NCBI GenBank assembly: GCA_963708075.1
Contig: OY970194.1
Span: 4,128,001 to 4,192,000, forward strand
Reading direction: 5' to 3'
Source of the DNA: Sedimentisphaerales bacterium
GTDB taxonomy: Bacteria; Planctomycetota; Phycisphaerae; Sedimentisphaerales; Anaerobacaceae
Length of the DNA stretch: 64,000 bases
How positions within the stretch are numbered: position 1 is the stretch's first letter; every line of letters begins with the position of its first letter. Under the pieces are notes generated by a model that saw nothing but the letters and a program-made list of their open reading frames with translations, was not told the origin of the DNA and did not search any database. The translations under genes were made by a program, and so were the position numbers. This document shows positions 1 to 11,307 of the stretch, in pieces.

Positions 1-21
1 GTTCGCCATAAAGGAGAACCG

Positions 22-414
22 ATGCTAGTCAAATTATCCACGGACAAAACCGTGAGTGAAGCTGCGGCTGCCTTGCAGACCGCCGTCCAGGCCAATCACT
101 TTGGTGTCATGCAGGTTCACAATCTCAAAGAGACCATGGCGAAGAAGGGTGTGGAGTTCGCCCGCGAATGTCTGATCTTCGAGGTCTGTCAGCCGCAACA
201 AGCGAAGAAGGTGCTCGATCAGGACATGAGCGTCTCAACCGCACTGCCATGCCGGATCTCCATTTATGAGGAGGGCGGTAAGACCATTCTGGCTACTTTG
301 AAGCCAACCACTCTTCTGGCGATGTTCAACGCGCCGCAACTGGAAGGGGTGGCGCAGGAAGTGGAGGCCACCATTTTGAAGATCATGACAGCGGCCGCTC
401 AGGAAGCCAAATAA
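22..414 (+). CDS. DUF302 domain protein
   Basis: AAGGAG RBS; FGV..VHNLKETMAKKG, EVCQP..A, LPCRISIYEE pattern typical of DUF302; copper-gene context. Confidence 0.85.
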   Translation: MLVKLSTDKTVSEAAAALQTAVQANHFGVMQVHNLKETMAKKGVEFARECLIFEVCQPQQAKKVLDQDMSVSTALPCRISIYEEGGKTILATLKPTTLLAMFNAPQLEGVAQEVEATILKIMTAAAQEAK

Positions 415-475
415 AACGGGGTATTTGCATTATCCAACATACATAGATGAAGCACCCCCCAAGGAGAGTAACTAT

Positions 476-1060
476 ATGAAAACTTCCGTCAAGAATGGGC
501 TCATCTTTGGAGCGGGTTTTTTGGCCTGTGTTCTGCTCACGTTCATTGTCCCGCTGCTGGTCATGGACATAGGGATGATGGACATGTCCGCCAGCGCCAA
601 GCCGGGACTGCTTGAAAAGATATTCGCACCCTGGGCTTTCACCAATTCCATGGAGAAACGGGCGCCCGAAGCGAAAAACCCGTTTGCGAATGACCCGTCC
701 GTGCTGGCTTCCGGCATGGCCCATTACCGGGAAAACTGCGTCCTCTGCCACGGGGCGCCCAATGTCAAACCTGCCGAGCTGGCGGCAGGACTCAATCCTC
801 CAGTACCCGAGCTCTATACCGATGATGCGCAGTCTCTTTCTGACGGCAAGCTTTTCTGGATCATCAAGAATGGAATCCGGATGACCGGCATGCCGGCCTT
901 TGGCGAAACCCATAGTGACGAGGAAATCTGGCATATCGTCACCTTTGTACGCCATTTGCCCAATATCACCGATGCGGAAAGAGAAACGCTCAAGCCCGCG
1001 GCCAGTGATATGGAGCACCATCATGAAGGGATGGACATGAACGCCGAGATTGTGAAGTAG
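476..1060 (+). CDS. Monoheme c-type cytochrome with N-terminal TM/signal and His-rich tail
   Basis: AAGGAG at 461 before ATG 476; CVLCH heme motif; LFWIIKNGIRMTGMPAF; C-terminal MEHHHEGMDM. Confidence 0.85.
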   Translation: MKTSVKNGLIFGAGFLACVLLTFIVPLLVMDIGMMDMSASAKPGLLEKIFAPWAFTNSMEKRAPEAKNPFANDPSVLASGMAHYRENCVLCHGAPNVKPAELAAGLNPPVPELYTDDAQSLSDGKLFWIIKNGIRMTGMPAFGETHSDEEIWHIVTFVRHLPNITDAERETLKPAASDMEHHHEGMDMNAEIVK

Positions 1061-1161
1061 AGAGCGCTCAGAAAAAACCTCTAACCGGGGCGGGGGACGG
1101 CTGCGGTCCAGTCTCCCGTTTCGAAACCAAGACCGCACCCGCAGAAGAAGAAGGAATCCAA

Positions 1162-2214
1162 ATGAAGAAACGCATAGTCATAATCGGACTGCTGGGCCTG
1201 GCGCTCGGCGTCTGGCGGCTGCCGATCGTATCGGCAGCGGAGGGCTTTGTTTATACCGCCAATGAACGCGGAAACTCCATCAGCGCGATTGATGTTGGCA
1301 CCGGGCAGGTCAGAACTATTGTCACGCGCATCACACCGCATAATGTCCAGGTGTCGCGCGATGGCCGGCTATTGCTCGCCGTCGGCCCGGTCGCCAATAT
1401 GACCGATATGACCGCAAATCAATCTCCAATGAAGATGACAGATGCCGGCAAGATGGCCCGAGGCAGGCTTTTGATCATCGACGCCGAGACGCTTGCCGTC
1501 GAGAGCGCGGCGGATGTGGAAATAGGCCGTCATCCTGCACATGTCATCATCGATGCACAGGGCAAACTGGCTTACGTGACGAATTCCGAGGATGACAATG
1601 TCCTTGTCGTTGATGTGGTACAGAAGAAAGTGGCCGGCGAGATCAAGACCGGCAAATTCCCGCACGGTCTGCGCATGAGTCCGAACGGGCGTGAAATCTA
1701 TGTCGCCAACGTCAACGATAACAGCGTCTCGGTAATAGACGTCGCCCTATCTAAGGAAGTGACACGCATACCGGTTGGCAAAGCGCCGGTTCAGGTTGGC
1801 TTCACGCCGGATGGTGGTCGGGTCTATGTCTCCTTGCGAGATGAGAACAACGTCGCCGTGATCGACACGGCTCAGCGTAAAAAGATCGCTACTATCGCAG
1901 TCGGACACAATCCGATTCAGGTCTTTGTCACGCCGGACGGACATTACGTCTATGTCGCAAATCAGGGTACGGAAGCCGATCCGGACAACACCGTGTCGGT
2001 GATAGAGACAGCCAATAACAGCGTGGTTGCCACCATCGTGACCGGAAAAGGTGCGCATGGCGTCGTGGTAAGCGATGATGGAAAGCGCGCCTTCGTCGCC
2101 AACATCGTGGACGAAACGGTGTCGGTGATAGATACGGCGACCCAAAAAGTGACTCAAAACATCAAGGTTGGCAAGGGACCGAACGGAATTACGTTCAGGC
2201 GCGCGAATCGTTGA
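1162..2214 (+). CDS. Exported YVTN-family beta-propeller protein
   Basis: Signal peptide; repeated YVTN/YVAN..NxVSVID...I.VGxxP blades. Confidence 0.9.
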   Translation: MKKRIVIIGLLGLALGVWRLPIVSAAEGFVYTANERGNSISAIDVGTGQVRTIVTRITPHNVQVSRDGRLLLAVGPVANMTDMTANQSPMKMTDAGKMARGRLLIIDAETLAVESAADVEIGRHPAHVIIDAQGKLAYVTNSEDDNVLVVDVVQKKVAGEIKTGKFPHGLRMSPNGREIYVANVNDNSVSVIDVALSKEVTRIPVGKAPVQVGFTPDGGRVYVSLRDENNVAVIDTAQRKKIATIAVGHNPIQVFVTPDGHYVYVANQGTEADPDNTVSVIETANNSVVATIVTGKGAHGVVVSDDGKRAFVANIVDETVSVIDTATQKVTQNIKVGKGPNGITFRRANR

Positions 2215-2223
2215 GACAGGCAG

Positions 2224-2302
2224 CGCGCCGCAACTGAAAGGAGTGGCACAGGAAGTAGAGGCCACGATTGTTAAGATCATGAAGGAAGCGGCGTCAGGTT
2301 GA
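2224..2302 (+). pseudogene. Orphan 3' fragment of a DUF302 gene
   Basis: Encodes APQLKGVAQEVEATIVKIMKEAASG*, homologous to 330-414 (APQLEGVAQEVEATILKIMTAAAQEAK*). Confidence 0.85.
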
Positions 2303-2411
2303 TTGGCTGGCCTTTGAACTTACCGATGGCTAGTGCGTAGTCATCATCGCGCCAGGCTGTCTGAATCGCAGTTATGACACCGCTGAACCAGTCAAATGAA
2401 ACCGGATTGAT

Positions 2412-4688
2412 ATGGCCATCGACCCCATCTGCGGCATGACGGTGGACGAAGCGTCCGCGCTACGTGCCGAGCGTGACGGACAGACGTTCTACTTTTGCAG
2501 CGACCACTGCCGGCAGAAGTTTCTGTCAACGCCCGCCACCGCGAAGCACGAAGAGAAGCCGCAGGGCAAAGCCATCTACACCTGCCCGATGCACCCCGAA
2601 GTGCAGCAGGACCATCCCGGCGATTGCCCCAAGTGCGGCATGGCGCTGGAACCGAAGACGGTGACAGCGGGTACGGATGACGAGGAAAACGCCGAGCTGC
2701 GCGACATGACGAAGCGCTTCTGGATCGGCGCCGCGCTGACGTTGCCGGTGTTTGTCCTGGCGATGGCTCACTTGATCCCGGCACTGGCCAGGCAGTCCTG
2801 GGCGGATAGCCACGCCTCACGCTGGATGCAATTTGCGCTCACCACGCCCGTGGTCTGGTGGGCAGGCTGGCCGTTCTTCCGCCGTGGCTGGCGCTCCGTC
2901 GTGACGCGTCACTTGAACATGTTCACGCTGATCGCCATCGGCGTGGGCGCAGCATTCGTCTTTAGCGCCGTGGCGATGCTCATGCCCGGCCTGTTCCCAC
3001 ACACGATGCAACACGAGGGCAAGGTCGCCATCTACTTTGAGGCCGCCGCGGTGATCGTTGTGCTGGTGCTCCTCGGTCAGGTGCTCGAACTCCGTGCCCG
3101 CAGCCGCACGGGCAGCGCCATCAAAGCGTTGCTGAACCTCGCACCGCCCACGGCGCGACAAGTCGCACCGGGGGGCGATCATGAAGTCCCGCTCGACCAG
3201 GTGAAAGTCGGCGACTGGTTGCGCGTGGTTCCAGGTGACAAGGTGCCCGTGGATGGCGCGGTGGTCGAAGGTCACTCCAGCGTGGAAGAGTCCATGATCA
3301 CCGGCGAACCGCTCCCGGTGGAAAAGACCGTCGGCGACAAGGTGACGGGCGGCACCGTCAATGGCCCCGGCAGTTTCGTCATGCGCGCCGAGCGAGTCGG
3401 CAGCGACACGTTGCTCGGGCAGATCGTGAACATGGTTGCCGAAGCCCAGCGCAGCCGCGCGCCCATTCAAGGTCTCGCCGACAAGGTCGCGGGCATCTTC
3501 GTGCCGGCGGTGCTGGCGGTTTCGGTGCTCACCTTCGTCCTCTGGATGTGGCTTGGGCCGGAGCCAAAGCTCGCGCACGCCATCGTCAACGCCGTCGCGG
3601 TCCTCATCATCGCCTGCCCGTGCGCCCTCGGCTTGGCCACGCCCATGTCCATCATGGTCGGCGTCGGACGCGGCGCGCAGGAAGGCGTGCTCGTGAAAAA
3701 CGCCGAGGCGCTCGAACGGTTGGAGAAAGTCACCACGCTCGTCGTGGACAAGACGGGCACTCTCACGGAGGGCAAACCCAAGCTCATGGATGTCCTGCCC
3801 ACCGGCGGTTTCGACGCGAAGGAGTTCCTGCGTCTCGCCGCCTCACTGGAGCAGAACAGCGAACACCCGCTCGCCGCCGCGATTGTGCAGGGCGCGAAGG
3901 AACAAGGTATCGCTTTCGAGGCCGTGAAAGACTTTCGTTCGGTGACGGCGGGCGGTGTTCTCGGCACCGTCGCCGGTCGTGCGGTGATGATCGGCAAACC
4001 GGATTTCCTGCGGAACGAAAAGATCACCGGCCTGGAGCCGCTCGAAGCCTCGGCCGTGAAACTTCAGGAAGAGGGCAAGACCGCGATGTTTGTCGCCATC
4101 GATGGCAAGCCGGCCGGAATCCTCGCCGTCGCCGACCCGATCAAATCCACCACCGCCGAAGCCATCCGCGAACTCCACGCGCTCGGGTTGAAGCTCGTCA
4201 TGCTCACCGGCGACAACCGCCGCACCGCCGCCGCGGTGGCCAAGCAACTCGGCCTCGATGCGGTGGAAGCGGAGATCGAACCCGCCGGAAAAGTCGCCCA
4301 TGTCAAGAAGCTGCGCGCGGAAGGCAAACATGTTGCGATGGCCGGCGACGGCATCAACGACGCACCCGCCCTCAGCGAAGCGGAAGTCGGCATTGCCATG
4401 GGCACCGGCACCGACGTGGCCATGCAAAGCGCGGGCATCACCCTCGTGAAAGGCGACCTCCGCGGCATTGCCAAGGCCATCCGCCTCAGTCGCGCCACCA
4501 TGCGGAACATCCGGCAGAACCTGTTCTTCGCCTTTCTCTACAACGCGCTGGGTATTCCGGTGGCGGCGGGAGTGCTTTACCCGTTCTTCGGCTTGCTGCT
4601 CAGCCCGATCATTGCCGGCGCCGCGATGAGCCTGAGTTCCGTCTCGGTCATCAGCAACGCCTTGCGGCTGCGGAAAGTGAGGCTGTGA
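2412..4688 (+). CDS. copA: Copper-translocating P1B-type ATPase with YHS-like and heavy-metal-binding N-terminal domains
   Basis: [49 protein letters not shown] and MSLSS motifs. Confidence 0.95.
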   Translation: MAIDPICGMTVDEASALRAERDGQTFYFCSDHCRQKFLSTPATAKHEEKPQGKAIYTCPMHPEVQQDHPGDCPKCGMALEPKTVTAGTDDEENAELRDMTKRFWIGAALTLPVFVLAMAHLIPALARQSWADSHASRWMQFALTTPVVWWAGWPFFRRGWRSVVTRHLNMFTLIAIGVGAAFVFSAVAMLMPGLFPHTMQHEGKVAIYFEAAAVIVVLVLLGQVLELRARSRTGSAIKALLNLAPPTARQVAPGGDHEVPLDQVKVGDWLRVVPGDKVPVDGAVVEGHSSVEESMITGEPLPVEKTVGDKVTGGTVNGPGSFVMRAERVGSDTLLGQIVNMVAEAQRSRAPIQGLADKVAGIFVPAVLAVSVLTFVLWMWLGPEPKLAHAIVNAVAVLIIACPCALGLATPMSIMVGVGRGAQEGVLVKNAEALERLEKVTTLVVDKTGTLTEGKPKLMDVLPTGGFDAKEFLRLAASLEQNSEHPLAAAIVQGAKEQGIAFEAVKDFRSVTAGGVLGTVAGRAVMIGKPDFLRNEKITGLEPLEASAVKLQEEGKTAMFVAIDGKPAGILAVADPIKSTTAEAIRELHALGLKLVMLTGDNRRTAAAVAKQLGLDAVEAEIEPAGKVAHVKKLRAEGKHVAMAGDGINDAPALSEAEVGIAMGTGTDVAMQSAGITLVKGDLRGIAKAIRLSRATMRNIRQNLFFAFLYNALGIPVAAGVLYPFFGLLLSPIIAGAAMSLSSVSVISNALRLRKVRL

Positions 4689-4702
4689 TTGAGTTGCGAA
4701 AC

Positions 4703-4796
4703 ATGAAAACAAAAACAAAGACGCTCACTCTGGAACTGGTCTACGAGGCAAACGCCTATTGGCGTGCCGCCAGCTATCTGTCGGGCGGCGGCCAGC
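4703..4796 (+). pseudogene. Degenerate 5' fragment of a phosphoketolase gene
   Basis: MKTKTKTLTLELVYEANAYWRAASYLSGGGQ resembles the N-terminus of the intact xfp ([20 protein letters not shown]). Confidence 0.75.
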
Positions 4797-4893
4797 CGGG
4801 TTGCGGTCCGCGTCATTCGCACGGACGAAGAACGCATGATAGCCAAGATGGTGTGCCGCGTTCTCGGCCTCCCGGTTGGAAAGGAAATGTGCC

Positions 4894-6396
4894 ATGAAGA
4901 CGAAGAGGACTAACCTCAGGGACAGATCAGCGATGACGATGGCTGTTGGTAATCTGGTGTTCGACGTCTGGCACATCGCTGCCATCGGACTTGGGTTGCT
5001 TCTCTCTGTGTTGGCGACGGGGCACGCGGTTCTCAACAAGCGTGATTCGCGCGCCGCCATCGCGTGGGTGGGTTTCGTTTGGTTCGTGCCTCTGGTCGGG
5101 GCGGTCATGTACTTCATCTTCGGCCTGAATCGTATTCGCCATAGGGCCGCTTTGCTGCGAAGGAACCTGGAGCGATATCGGGCACAAGCCGCGCAACCCG
5201 AATGTCTGCCGGAAGAGTTGCAGCGCCATCTACCGGATCACGGAGGGCATCTCCAGATGCTGGCTCGGGTCGTTGGGGGTGTGATAGAGCGGCCCTTGCT
5301 GCCAGGCAATCGGATCGATCCGTTGGTGAACGGAGATGAAGCCTATCCGGCCATGCTGGAAGCGATCCAACACGCACGCCAGACAGTCTCTTTCGTGACC
5401 TATATCTTCGATCGGGACGAGGTCGGGATGGCCTTTGCGCATGCGCTGGGCGAGGCCGCGCGCCGGGGCGTGGAAGTGCGGGTGCTGATTGACGCGATGG
5501 GGACTCGGTATTCCTGGCCCACCATTCTCCACACGCTGCGACGAGAAGGGGTGAAGCATGCACGGTTTCTCCCGCCGTCTGCTTTGTGGCATCTGATGTC
5601 GATGAACATGCGCACACATCGGAAGATCCTGGTGGCGGATGGGCGCGTGGGATTTACCGGCGGCATGAATATTCGAGTGGGACATTGCCTTCAACGCCAA
5701 CCGCCACACCCGGTACAGGACATCCATTTCCGAGTGAAAGGCCCTGTGGTGACCCAACTGCAAGAAGTGTTCACCGATGATTGGCTGTTTACGACCGGCG
5801 AAGCTTTGCGTGGTGATTCGTGGTTTCCCAAAAGCGAAAACGCGGGGCAGGTGTTGGCGCGAGGCGTGCCCGATGGCCCGGATGAGAATTTCGAGAAGCT
5901 TCATTGGACGCTGTTGGGAGCCCTCTCGATTGCCCGCTATTCCGTCCGGATCATGACTCCCTATTTTCTGCCCGACCCCGCCGTGGTATCCGCCCTGAAT
6001 CTGGCATCAATGCGGGGTGTGCAGGTTGATATCATTTTGCCCGCACGAATCAACCTGCCGTTCATCCTGTGGGCCTCCCGGGCGATGTGGTCGCAAGTCC
6101 TCCAGCATGGATGCCGGATGTGGTTAACCCCGCCTCCATTCGATCACTCAAAACTCATGCTGGTGGATGGCTGCTGGGTGCTACTGGGATCGGCCAACTG
6201 GGATTCACGAAGCTTGCGTCTCAACTTCGAGTTCAACGTGGAATGTTACGACGCCGAACTCGCCCAGCGGCTTGATCAGTGGGTCGAGACGAAACGGAAG
6301 GGCGCCCATCCCGTGACGATGGAGGAGGTCGATGGCCGCCCACTGCCGGCTCGCCTGCGCGACGGCATTGCGCGATTGCTGACGCCGTACTTGTAG
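4894..6396 (+). CDS. cls: Cardiolipin synthase (phospholipase D family)
   Basis: N-terminal TM pair; two HKD motifs ([16 protein letters not shown]); TPYF; GSANWD; start position uncertain. Confidence 0.92.
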   Translation: MKTKRTNLRDRSAMTMAVGNLVFDVWHIAAIGLGLLLSVLATGHAVLNKRDSRAAIAWVGFVWFVPLVGAVMYFIFGLNRIRHRAALLRRNLERYRAQAAQPECLPEELQRHLPDHGGHLQMLARVVGGVIERPLLPGNRIDPLVNGDEAYPAMLEAIQHARQTVSFVTYIFDRDEVGMAFAHALGEAARRGVEVRVLIDAMGTRYSWPTILHTLRREGVKHARFLPPSALWHLMSMNMRTHRKILVADGRVGFTGGMNIRVGHCLQRQPPHPVQDIHFRVKGPVVTQLQEVFTDDWLFTTGEALRGDSWFPKSENAGQVLARGVPDGPDENFEKLHWTLLGALSIARYSVRIMTPYFLPDPAVVSALNLASMRGVQVDIILPARINLPFILWASRAMWSQVLQHGCRMWLTPPPFDHSKLMLVDGCWVLLGSANWDSRSLRLNFEFNVECYDAELAQRLDQWVETKRKGAHPVTMEEVDGRPLPARLRDGIARLLTPYL

Positions 6397-6442
6397 TCCG
6401 GGACTTATGTGTGGGCAAATCCATCTGGAAAGGAATGCGATC

Positions 6443-8833
6443 ATGAAGATAGACAAGAAGAACGCAGCGGATAAACCATTGTCAAACGAACTGCTTTCCA
6501 AGATGGACGCCTACTGGCGCGCTGCCAACTATCTGTCGGTCGGCCAGATTTATCTTTACGACAATCCGCTGCTGAAGCGGCCGCTGACGCTCGCGGATGT
6601 GAAGCACATGCTGTTGGGGCACTGGGGCACGACCCCCGGGCAGAACTTCATTTACGTGCACTTGAACCGGGTGATCAAGAAATACGACCTCGACATGATT
6701 TACGTCTCCGGTCCCGGGCACGGCGGCCCGGCCGTCGTGGGCAACACTTACCTCGAGGGCACGTACAGCGAGATTTATCCCAATATCAGCCAGGATGAGG
6801 CCGGGCTTCGGAAGCTCTTTATTCAGTTCTCGTTTCCCGGAGGAATTCCCAGCCACGCCTCGCCGGAGTGCCCGGGCTCGATCCACGAGGGCGGCGAGCT
6901 GGGCTATTCGCTCAGCCATTCGTTCGGGGCGGTGTTCGACAATCCCGATCTGATCGTCGCCTGCGTCGTCGGCGATGGCGAGGCGGAAACCGGACCGCTG
7001 GCCACAGCGTGGCATTCCAACAAGTTTCTCAACCCAATTACCGACGGAGCCGTGCTGCCGATCCTGCACCTCAATGGCTACAAGATCAGCAACCCGACCG
7101 TCCTGGCCCGCATCGAGCATGAGGAATTGGAGCAGTTTCTACGAGGTTGTGGCTGGACGCCCCACTTTGTGGAAGGTGATGAGCCCGAAGAGATGCATCA
7201 ACTCATGGCCGATGCTTTGGAAAAGGCCATCGAGAGCATCCGGCAAATCCAAAGCAATGCACGGAACAAGAACGACACCACTCGGCCTCGCTGGCCAATG
7301 ATCGTCCTGAGGTCACCCAAGGGCTGGACGGGACCGAAGATGGTCGATGGCCTGCAAGTTGAAGGCACGTTCCGTTCGCACCAGGTGCCGCTCTCCGACC
7401 CGGCCACCCATCCCGAACACCTCAAGCTGTTGGAAGACTGGCTGAGGAGCTACCGGCCGGAGGAACTCTTCGATGAGCAGGGCCGCCTGAAACCGGAACT
7501 GGCCGAACTTGCGCCCAAGGGCGAACGACGCATGGGCGCGAATCCCCACGCCAACGGCGGCATTCTGCTCCGCGACCTGCGGATGCCGGACTTCCGCGAC
7601 TACGCGGTCGACGTGCCCTCGCCGGGGGTGCGCGGCATCGGCGACACACATGTGCTCGGGCCTTTCCTGCGCGATGTGGCGAAGCTGAACAGTGAGCAGC
7701 GAAATTTCCGGGTCTTTGGCCCTGACGAGACGCTCTCCAACGGCCTGGAAGCCCTCTTTGACGTGACCCAACGCCAATGGGACGCCGCGACCGTGCCGAA
7801 CGACGAATTTCTCGCGCCCACCGGGCGAGTGATGGAAATGCTCAGCGAGCACCAGTGCGAGGGCTGGCTCGAGGGCTACCTGCTCACCGGCCGGCATGGG
7901 CTCTTCAATTGCTATGAGGCGTTCATCCACATCGTCGATTCGATGTTCAACCAGCACGCCAAGTGGCTGAAGGTCACGTCGCGGCTGCCGTGGCGGAGGA
8001 AGATCGCCTCGTTAAACTACCTGCTGGCCTCGCATGTCTGGCGCCAGGATCACAACGGCTTCACGCACCAGGATCCCGGCTTCATCGACCACGTCGTGAA
8101 CAAGAAGGCCGAGATCGTGCGCGTTTACCTTCCGCCGGATGCAAACTGCCTGCTGTCGGTGATGGACCACTGCCTGCGCAGCCGCCACTATGTCAACCTC
8201 GTGATCGCGGGCAAACACCCGGCGCCGCAGTGGCTGACGATGGACGCCGCCGTCAAGCACTGCACCGAAGGCATCGGCATCTGGCAGTGGGCCAGCAACG
8301 ACCAGGACGTTGCACCCGATGTGGTCATGGCCTGCTGTGGCGACGTGCCCACGCTTGAGACGCTCGCCGCCGTCTCCATTCTGCGCGAGCATCTGCCCGA
8401 CCTGAAAATCCGGGTGGTCAATGTCGTCGACCTCATGAAACTGCAGCCGCAAACCGAGCACCCGCACGGGTTGAGCGACGTCGATTTCGACGAGCTCTTC
8501 ACCAAGGACAAGCCGGTCATCTTCGCCTTCCATGCCTACCCGTGGTTGATCCACCGGCTAACCTACCGCCGCACCAACCACGACAACATCCACGTCCGCG
8601 GCTACAAGGAAGAGGGCACCATCACCACGCCCTTCGACATGACGGTGCTAAACGATCTGGACCGCTTCCATCTCGTGATGGACACTATCGACCGCCTGCC
8701 GCAGACCGGCGACAAAGGCATCTACCTGAAGCAGCAGCTCAAGGACAAGCTCGTCGAGCACAAGCAATACATTGACAAGTACGGCGAAGACCTGCCGGAG
8801 ATTCGGAACTGGAAGTGGAGCAGCCCCAAATGA
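6443..8833 (+). CDS. xfp: Xylulose-5-phosphate/fructose-6-phosphate phosphoketolase
   Basis: [39 protein letters not shown] motif [22 protein letters not shown]. Confidence 0.97.
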   Translation: MKIDKKNAADKPLSNELLSKMDAYWRAANYLSVGQIYLYDNPLLKRPLTLADVKHMLLGHWGTTPGQNFIYVHLNRVIKKYDLDMIYVSGPGHGGPAVVGNTYLEGTYSEIYPNISQDEAGLRKLFIQFSFPGGIPSHASPECPGSIHEGGELGYSLSHSFGAVFDNPDLIVACVVGDGEAETGPLATAWHSNKFLNPITDGAVLPILHLNGYKISNPTVLARIEHEELEQFLRGCGWTPHFVEGDEPEEMHQLMADALEKAIESIRQIQSNARNKNDTTRPRWPMIVLRSPKGWTGPKMVDGLQVEGTFRSHQVPLSDPATHPEHLKLLEDWLRSYRPEELFDEQGRLKPELAELAPKGERRMGANPHANGGILLRDLRMPDFRDYAVDVPSPGVRGIGDTHVLGPFLRDVAKLNSEQRNFRVFGPDETLSNGLEALFDVTQRQWDAATVPNDEFLAPTGRVMEMLSEHQCEGWLEGYLLTGRHGLFNCYEAFIHIVDSMFNQHAKWLKVTSRLPWRRKIASLNYLLASHVWRQDHNGFTHQDPGFIDHVVNKKAEIVRVYLPPDANCLLSVMDHCLRSRHYVNLVIAGKHPAPQWLTMDAAVKHCTEGIGIWQWASNDQDVAPDVVMACCGDVPTLETLAAVSILREHLPDLKIRVVNVVDLMKLQPQTEHPHGLSDVDFDELFTKDKPVIFAFHAYPWLIHRLTYRRTNHDNIHVRGYKEEGTITTPFDMTVLNDLDRFHLVMDTIDRLPQTGDKGIYLKQQLKDKLVEHKQYIDKYGEDLPEIRNWKWSSPK

Positions 8834-8991
8834 ACGCACAAGAGCTCATAGACACCACGAGAGCGCTGGTCGCCGGCGACAAGGGCCTGCTGGCGATGGA
8901 TGAAAGCAATCCAACCTGCAACAAACGATTTGCCGGGTTGGGGATTCCCCAAACGCCCCCGTCGGGCAAAACGAAAAAGGAGTCGTTATGA
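8830..8991 (+). pseudogene. Truncated class I fructose-bisphosphate aldolase (first ~42 codons)
   Basis: [42 protein letters not shown] matches the class I aldolase KGILAxDES motif; ATGA overlap with the xfp stop; homology then ends. Confidence 0.85.
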
Positions 8992-9380
8992 AAGGATTTG
9001 TGCAAGACATCGAAAGTCTGGCCATCAAGAATGATGAGTTTCGCCGAGTGCTTTACACGGCAAAACACTGCCAGCTCGTCGTCATGGCACTGAAGCCCAA
9101 GGAAGAGATCGGGGCGGAAGTCCACAGGCTCGACCAGTTCTTTCGCGTGGAGGAGGGTTCCGGTGAGGCGGTTCTCGATGGCGTTCGGACGGCGATCCGA
9201 GCGGGCTTCGCGGTAGTCGTCCCGGCTGGGACGAATCACAACATCATCAATACCGGCGGTGTTCCACTGAAGCTCTATACGCTCTATGCGCCGCCGAATC
9301 ATCGGGACGGCGTCGTCCACCATACCCGCGACGACGCGGAGGCCGACAACGAGCACTTCGACGGCAAAACGACGGAATAG
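8988..9380 (+). CDS. Cupin domain protein
   Basis: AAGGAG RBS; IGAEVH..DQFFRVEEG, VVVPAGTNHNIIN, KLYTLYAPPNH. Confidence 0.9.
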   Translation: MKGFVQDIESLAIKNDEFRRVLYTAKHCQLVVMALKPKEEIGAEVHRLDQFFRVEEGSGEAVLDGVRTAIRAGFAVVVPAGTNHNIINTGGVPLKLYTLYAPPNHRDGVVHHTRDDAEADNEHFDGKTTE

Positions 9381-9469
9381 AGAGTCGACTGCGCGCCGGG
9401 CTGATCTCCGCAGGAGGGGAACGCAGATCTACTACAAGGACGTCGCATCATGTTTGAATAAGGTTTGCA

Positions 9470-10642
9470 ATGGCGAAAAATGATATCCCGCGTCACGTCC
9501 GCTTCGAGCTATCACCCAAGACCTTGGTGGCGCTCGTCCTCGTCGCCGCTTCCCTCTGGCTGCTGATCCGGCTCTGGCCTGTCCTCCTTGTGCTCGTCGT
9601 CGCTCTTCTCGTCGCCGGCACGTTGAGCCCGGCCGTCCGCTGGCTCGAAGAGAAGCGCGTGGGACGCGGGTTCGGAATCGCGATGGTCTTCTCGGTCTTC
9701 TTCATCCTCGCGCTTCTCTTCGTCATCCTTACGATCCCGACGCTGGTGTCGCAGGCGGTGGCGCTTCTCGAGCACGAGCCCGCGCTGCGCGCGCGACTCG
9801 CGGACCATCTCGCCGGCTCTCATCTGAGCGCCCCGCTGGCGACTTGGCTTCGCGGCCTCAAGCTCGACGCGCTGACGGGCACCATCGGCGCGACGGCGTT
9901 CGCCTTCTCCCTACGCGTCTTCGGCGCGGTCGCGTACGGGTTGAGCGCCCTCTTCCTCGGGCTCTACATCCTGATCGACCGCGATCGGCTCCGAGGGGGG
10001 CTTTTCGCCGTTGTCCCCCGCTCGCACCACATCCGGCTCTCTCGCATCATGATGAACCTCGAGACGATCGTCGGCGCGTACATCCGTGGACAGATGGTCA
10101 CGTGCCTGCTGATGGCACTCTTCGCGTTCGGGCTTCTGAAGGCGTGCGGCGTGGAGAACGCTCTGGCGCTCGCGGCGTTCGTCGGCCTCATGGACGTGCT
10201 GCCCTACATCGGGCCTCTCCTCGCGGCAGGGCCGGCGGTCCTCGCGGCACTGTCGCGTGGGCCCATCGTTGCCGTCGTCGTTCTCGTCCTCATGCTCGCG
10301 TACCAGGAGTTCGAAAACAGTGTGCTCGTTCCTCGGATCTATGGCCGGGCGCTGCGCCTTCCCTCGTCCGTCGTCCTGTTCGCGCTCCTGGCGGGCGGGA
10401 CGCTGATGGGGATCCTCGGCGTGCTCCTCGCCCTACCCGTCGCGGCCACGGTGATGATGCTCATAGAGGAGTTGCGAGTGGAGCTGCCTGGTGAGCAGGA
10501 GCAGGTCGCGGATGCGCAAGTGCGTGAAGCCGACGACCGCGGGGAGAAAGAGTACGAACGCAGGACGGAGGGTGTGGGCGCGGAGCAGGCCGCCGCCATC
10601 GCCGTCGAGATCTCGGCAGACCGGCGGGAGGAAGAAAGCTGA
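9470..10642 (+). CDS. AI-2E family transporter
   Basis: Multi-TM; YIRGQ, LPYIGP, YQEFENSVLVPRIYG, GILGVLLALP; its stop codon is the first 3 nt of a tRNA-Phe fragment. Confidence 0.9.
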   Translation: MAKNDIPRHVRFELSPKTLVALVLVAASLWLLIRLWPVLLVLVVALLVAGTLSPAVRWLEEKRVGRGFGIAMVFSVFFILALLFVILTIPTLVSQAVALLEHEPALRARLADHLAGSHLSAPLATWLRGLKLDALTGTIGATAFAFSLRVFGAVAYGLSALFLGLYILIDRDRLRGGLFAVVPRSHHIRLSRIMMNLETIVGAYIRGQMVTCLLMALFAFGLLKACGVENALALAAFVGLMDVLPYIGPLLAAGPAVLAALSRGPIVAVVVLVLMLAYQEFENSVLVPRIYGRALRLPSSVVLFALLAGGTLMGILGVLLALPVAATVMMLIEELRVELPGEQEQVADAQVREADDRGEKEYERRTEGVGAEQAAAIAVEISADRREEES

Positions 10643-10669
10643 ACCAGCGACACACGGATTTTCAGTCCG
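10640..10669 (-). repeat. tRNA-Phe internal fragment, att-like copy 3
   Basis: 30-nt identity to 55656-55685. Confidence 0.95.
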
Positions 10670-11100
10670 AACAGGGCGTTCGTAAGTCCTTGTGGGATAA
10701 GGGGTAATGGTTGTCAGATAAAGACTTATGTAGATCAGGCGTAGATCAGCCGAAGGTCAGCCGTAGACCAGACATACATGTCTGGCGCGCACTTTGGCAC
10801 GCGTCTGGTGATTGCCAAAGCTTGTAAGACCGGTCTCACTGTGATTAGCTCCGGCATCGCCCTCAAATCCTGTTTGGCTCCGGCTGCGGCTTCGGCGGGG
10901 CCTTCGCCACCGGTGTCATGTAGCCCAGCAATCTGTCGCTGCCAGTCAGTCTCGCCGACCCACCCCACTGCGGCGGCACCCCCGAAACCCCGCACAGCGT
11001 CGTCCAGAAGCGTAAACTTACTCATCCGCGCCATCGGGCGGGCCTGCGGTGAGGCTTTCGAGAGCCCGCCAATGTACTCCAGGTAGATTGTTTCGCCGTC
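10670..11100. mobile_element. Island-end module: att-flanking motifs plus degenerate 3' end of an rve transposase
   Basis: Colinear homology to 49364-49860 (taagtSctt..ataagg..taatgg, ttggcac, aagaccggtc, tcctgtttggctYcggct, cgtcgtccagaaScgtaaa). Confidence 0.75.
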
Positions 11101-11307
11101 CTGCCGACATCATCCAGAGCATTCCCGTGGGTTTACGTTCATCACCAGTTCAAGCTCTCTCGTCTCGAACGATCTTTCACAACTGCCGGGCCTTGGCATT
11201 TTAACCACAGTGCCTCTGAGAATCGACCGGTCTTCCGTCAATCCGGCCGCCACCAACTGGTCTGACGACCGTTTGACAGGCACGTGCGCCCTCGCACGAC
11301 CATGTGA

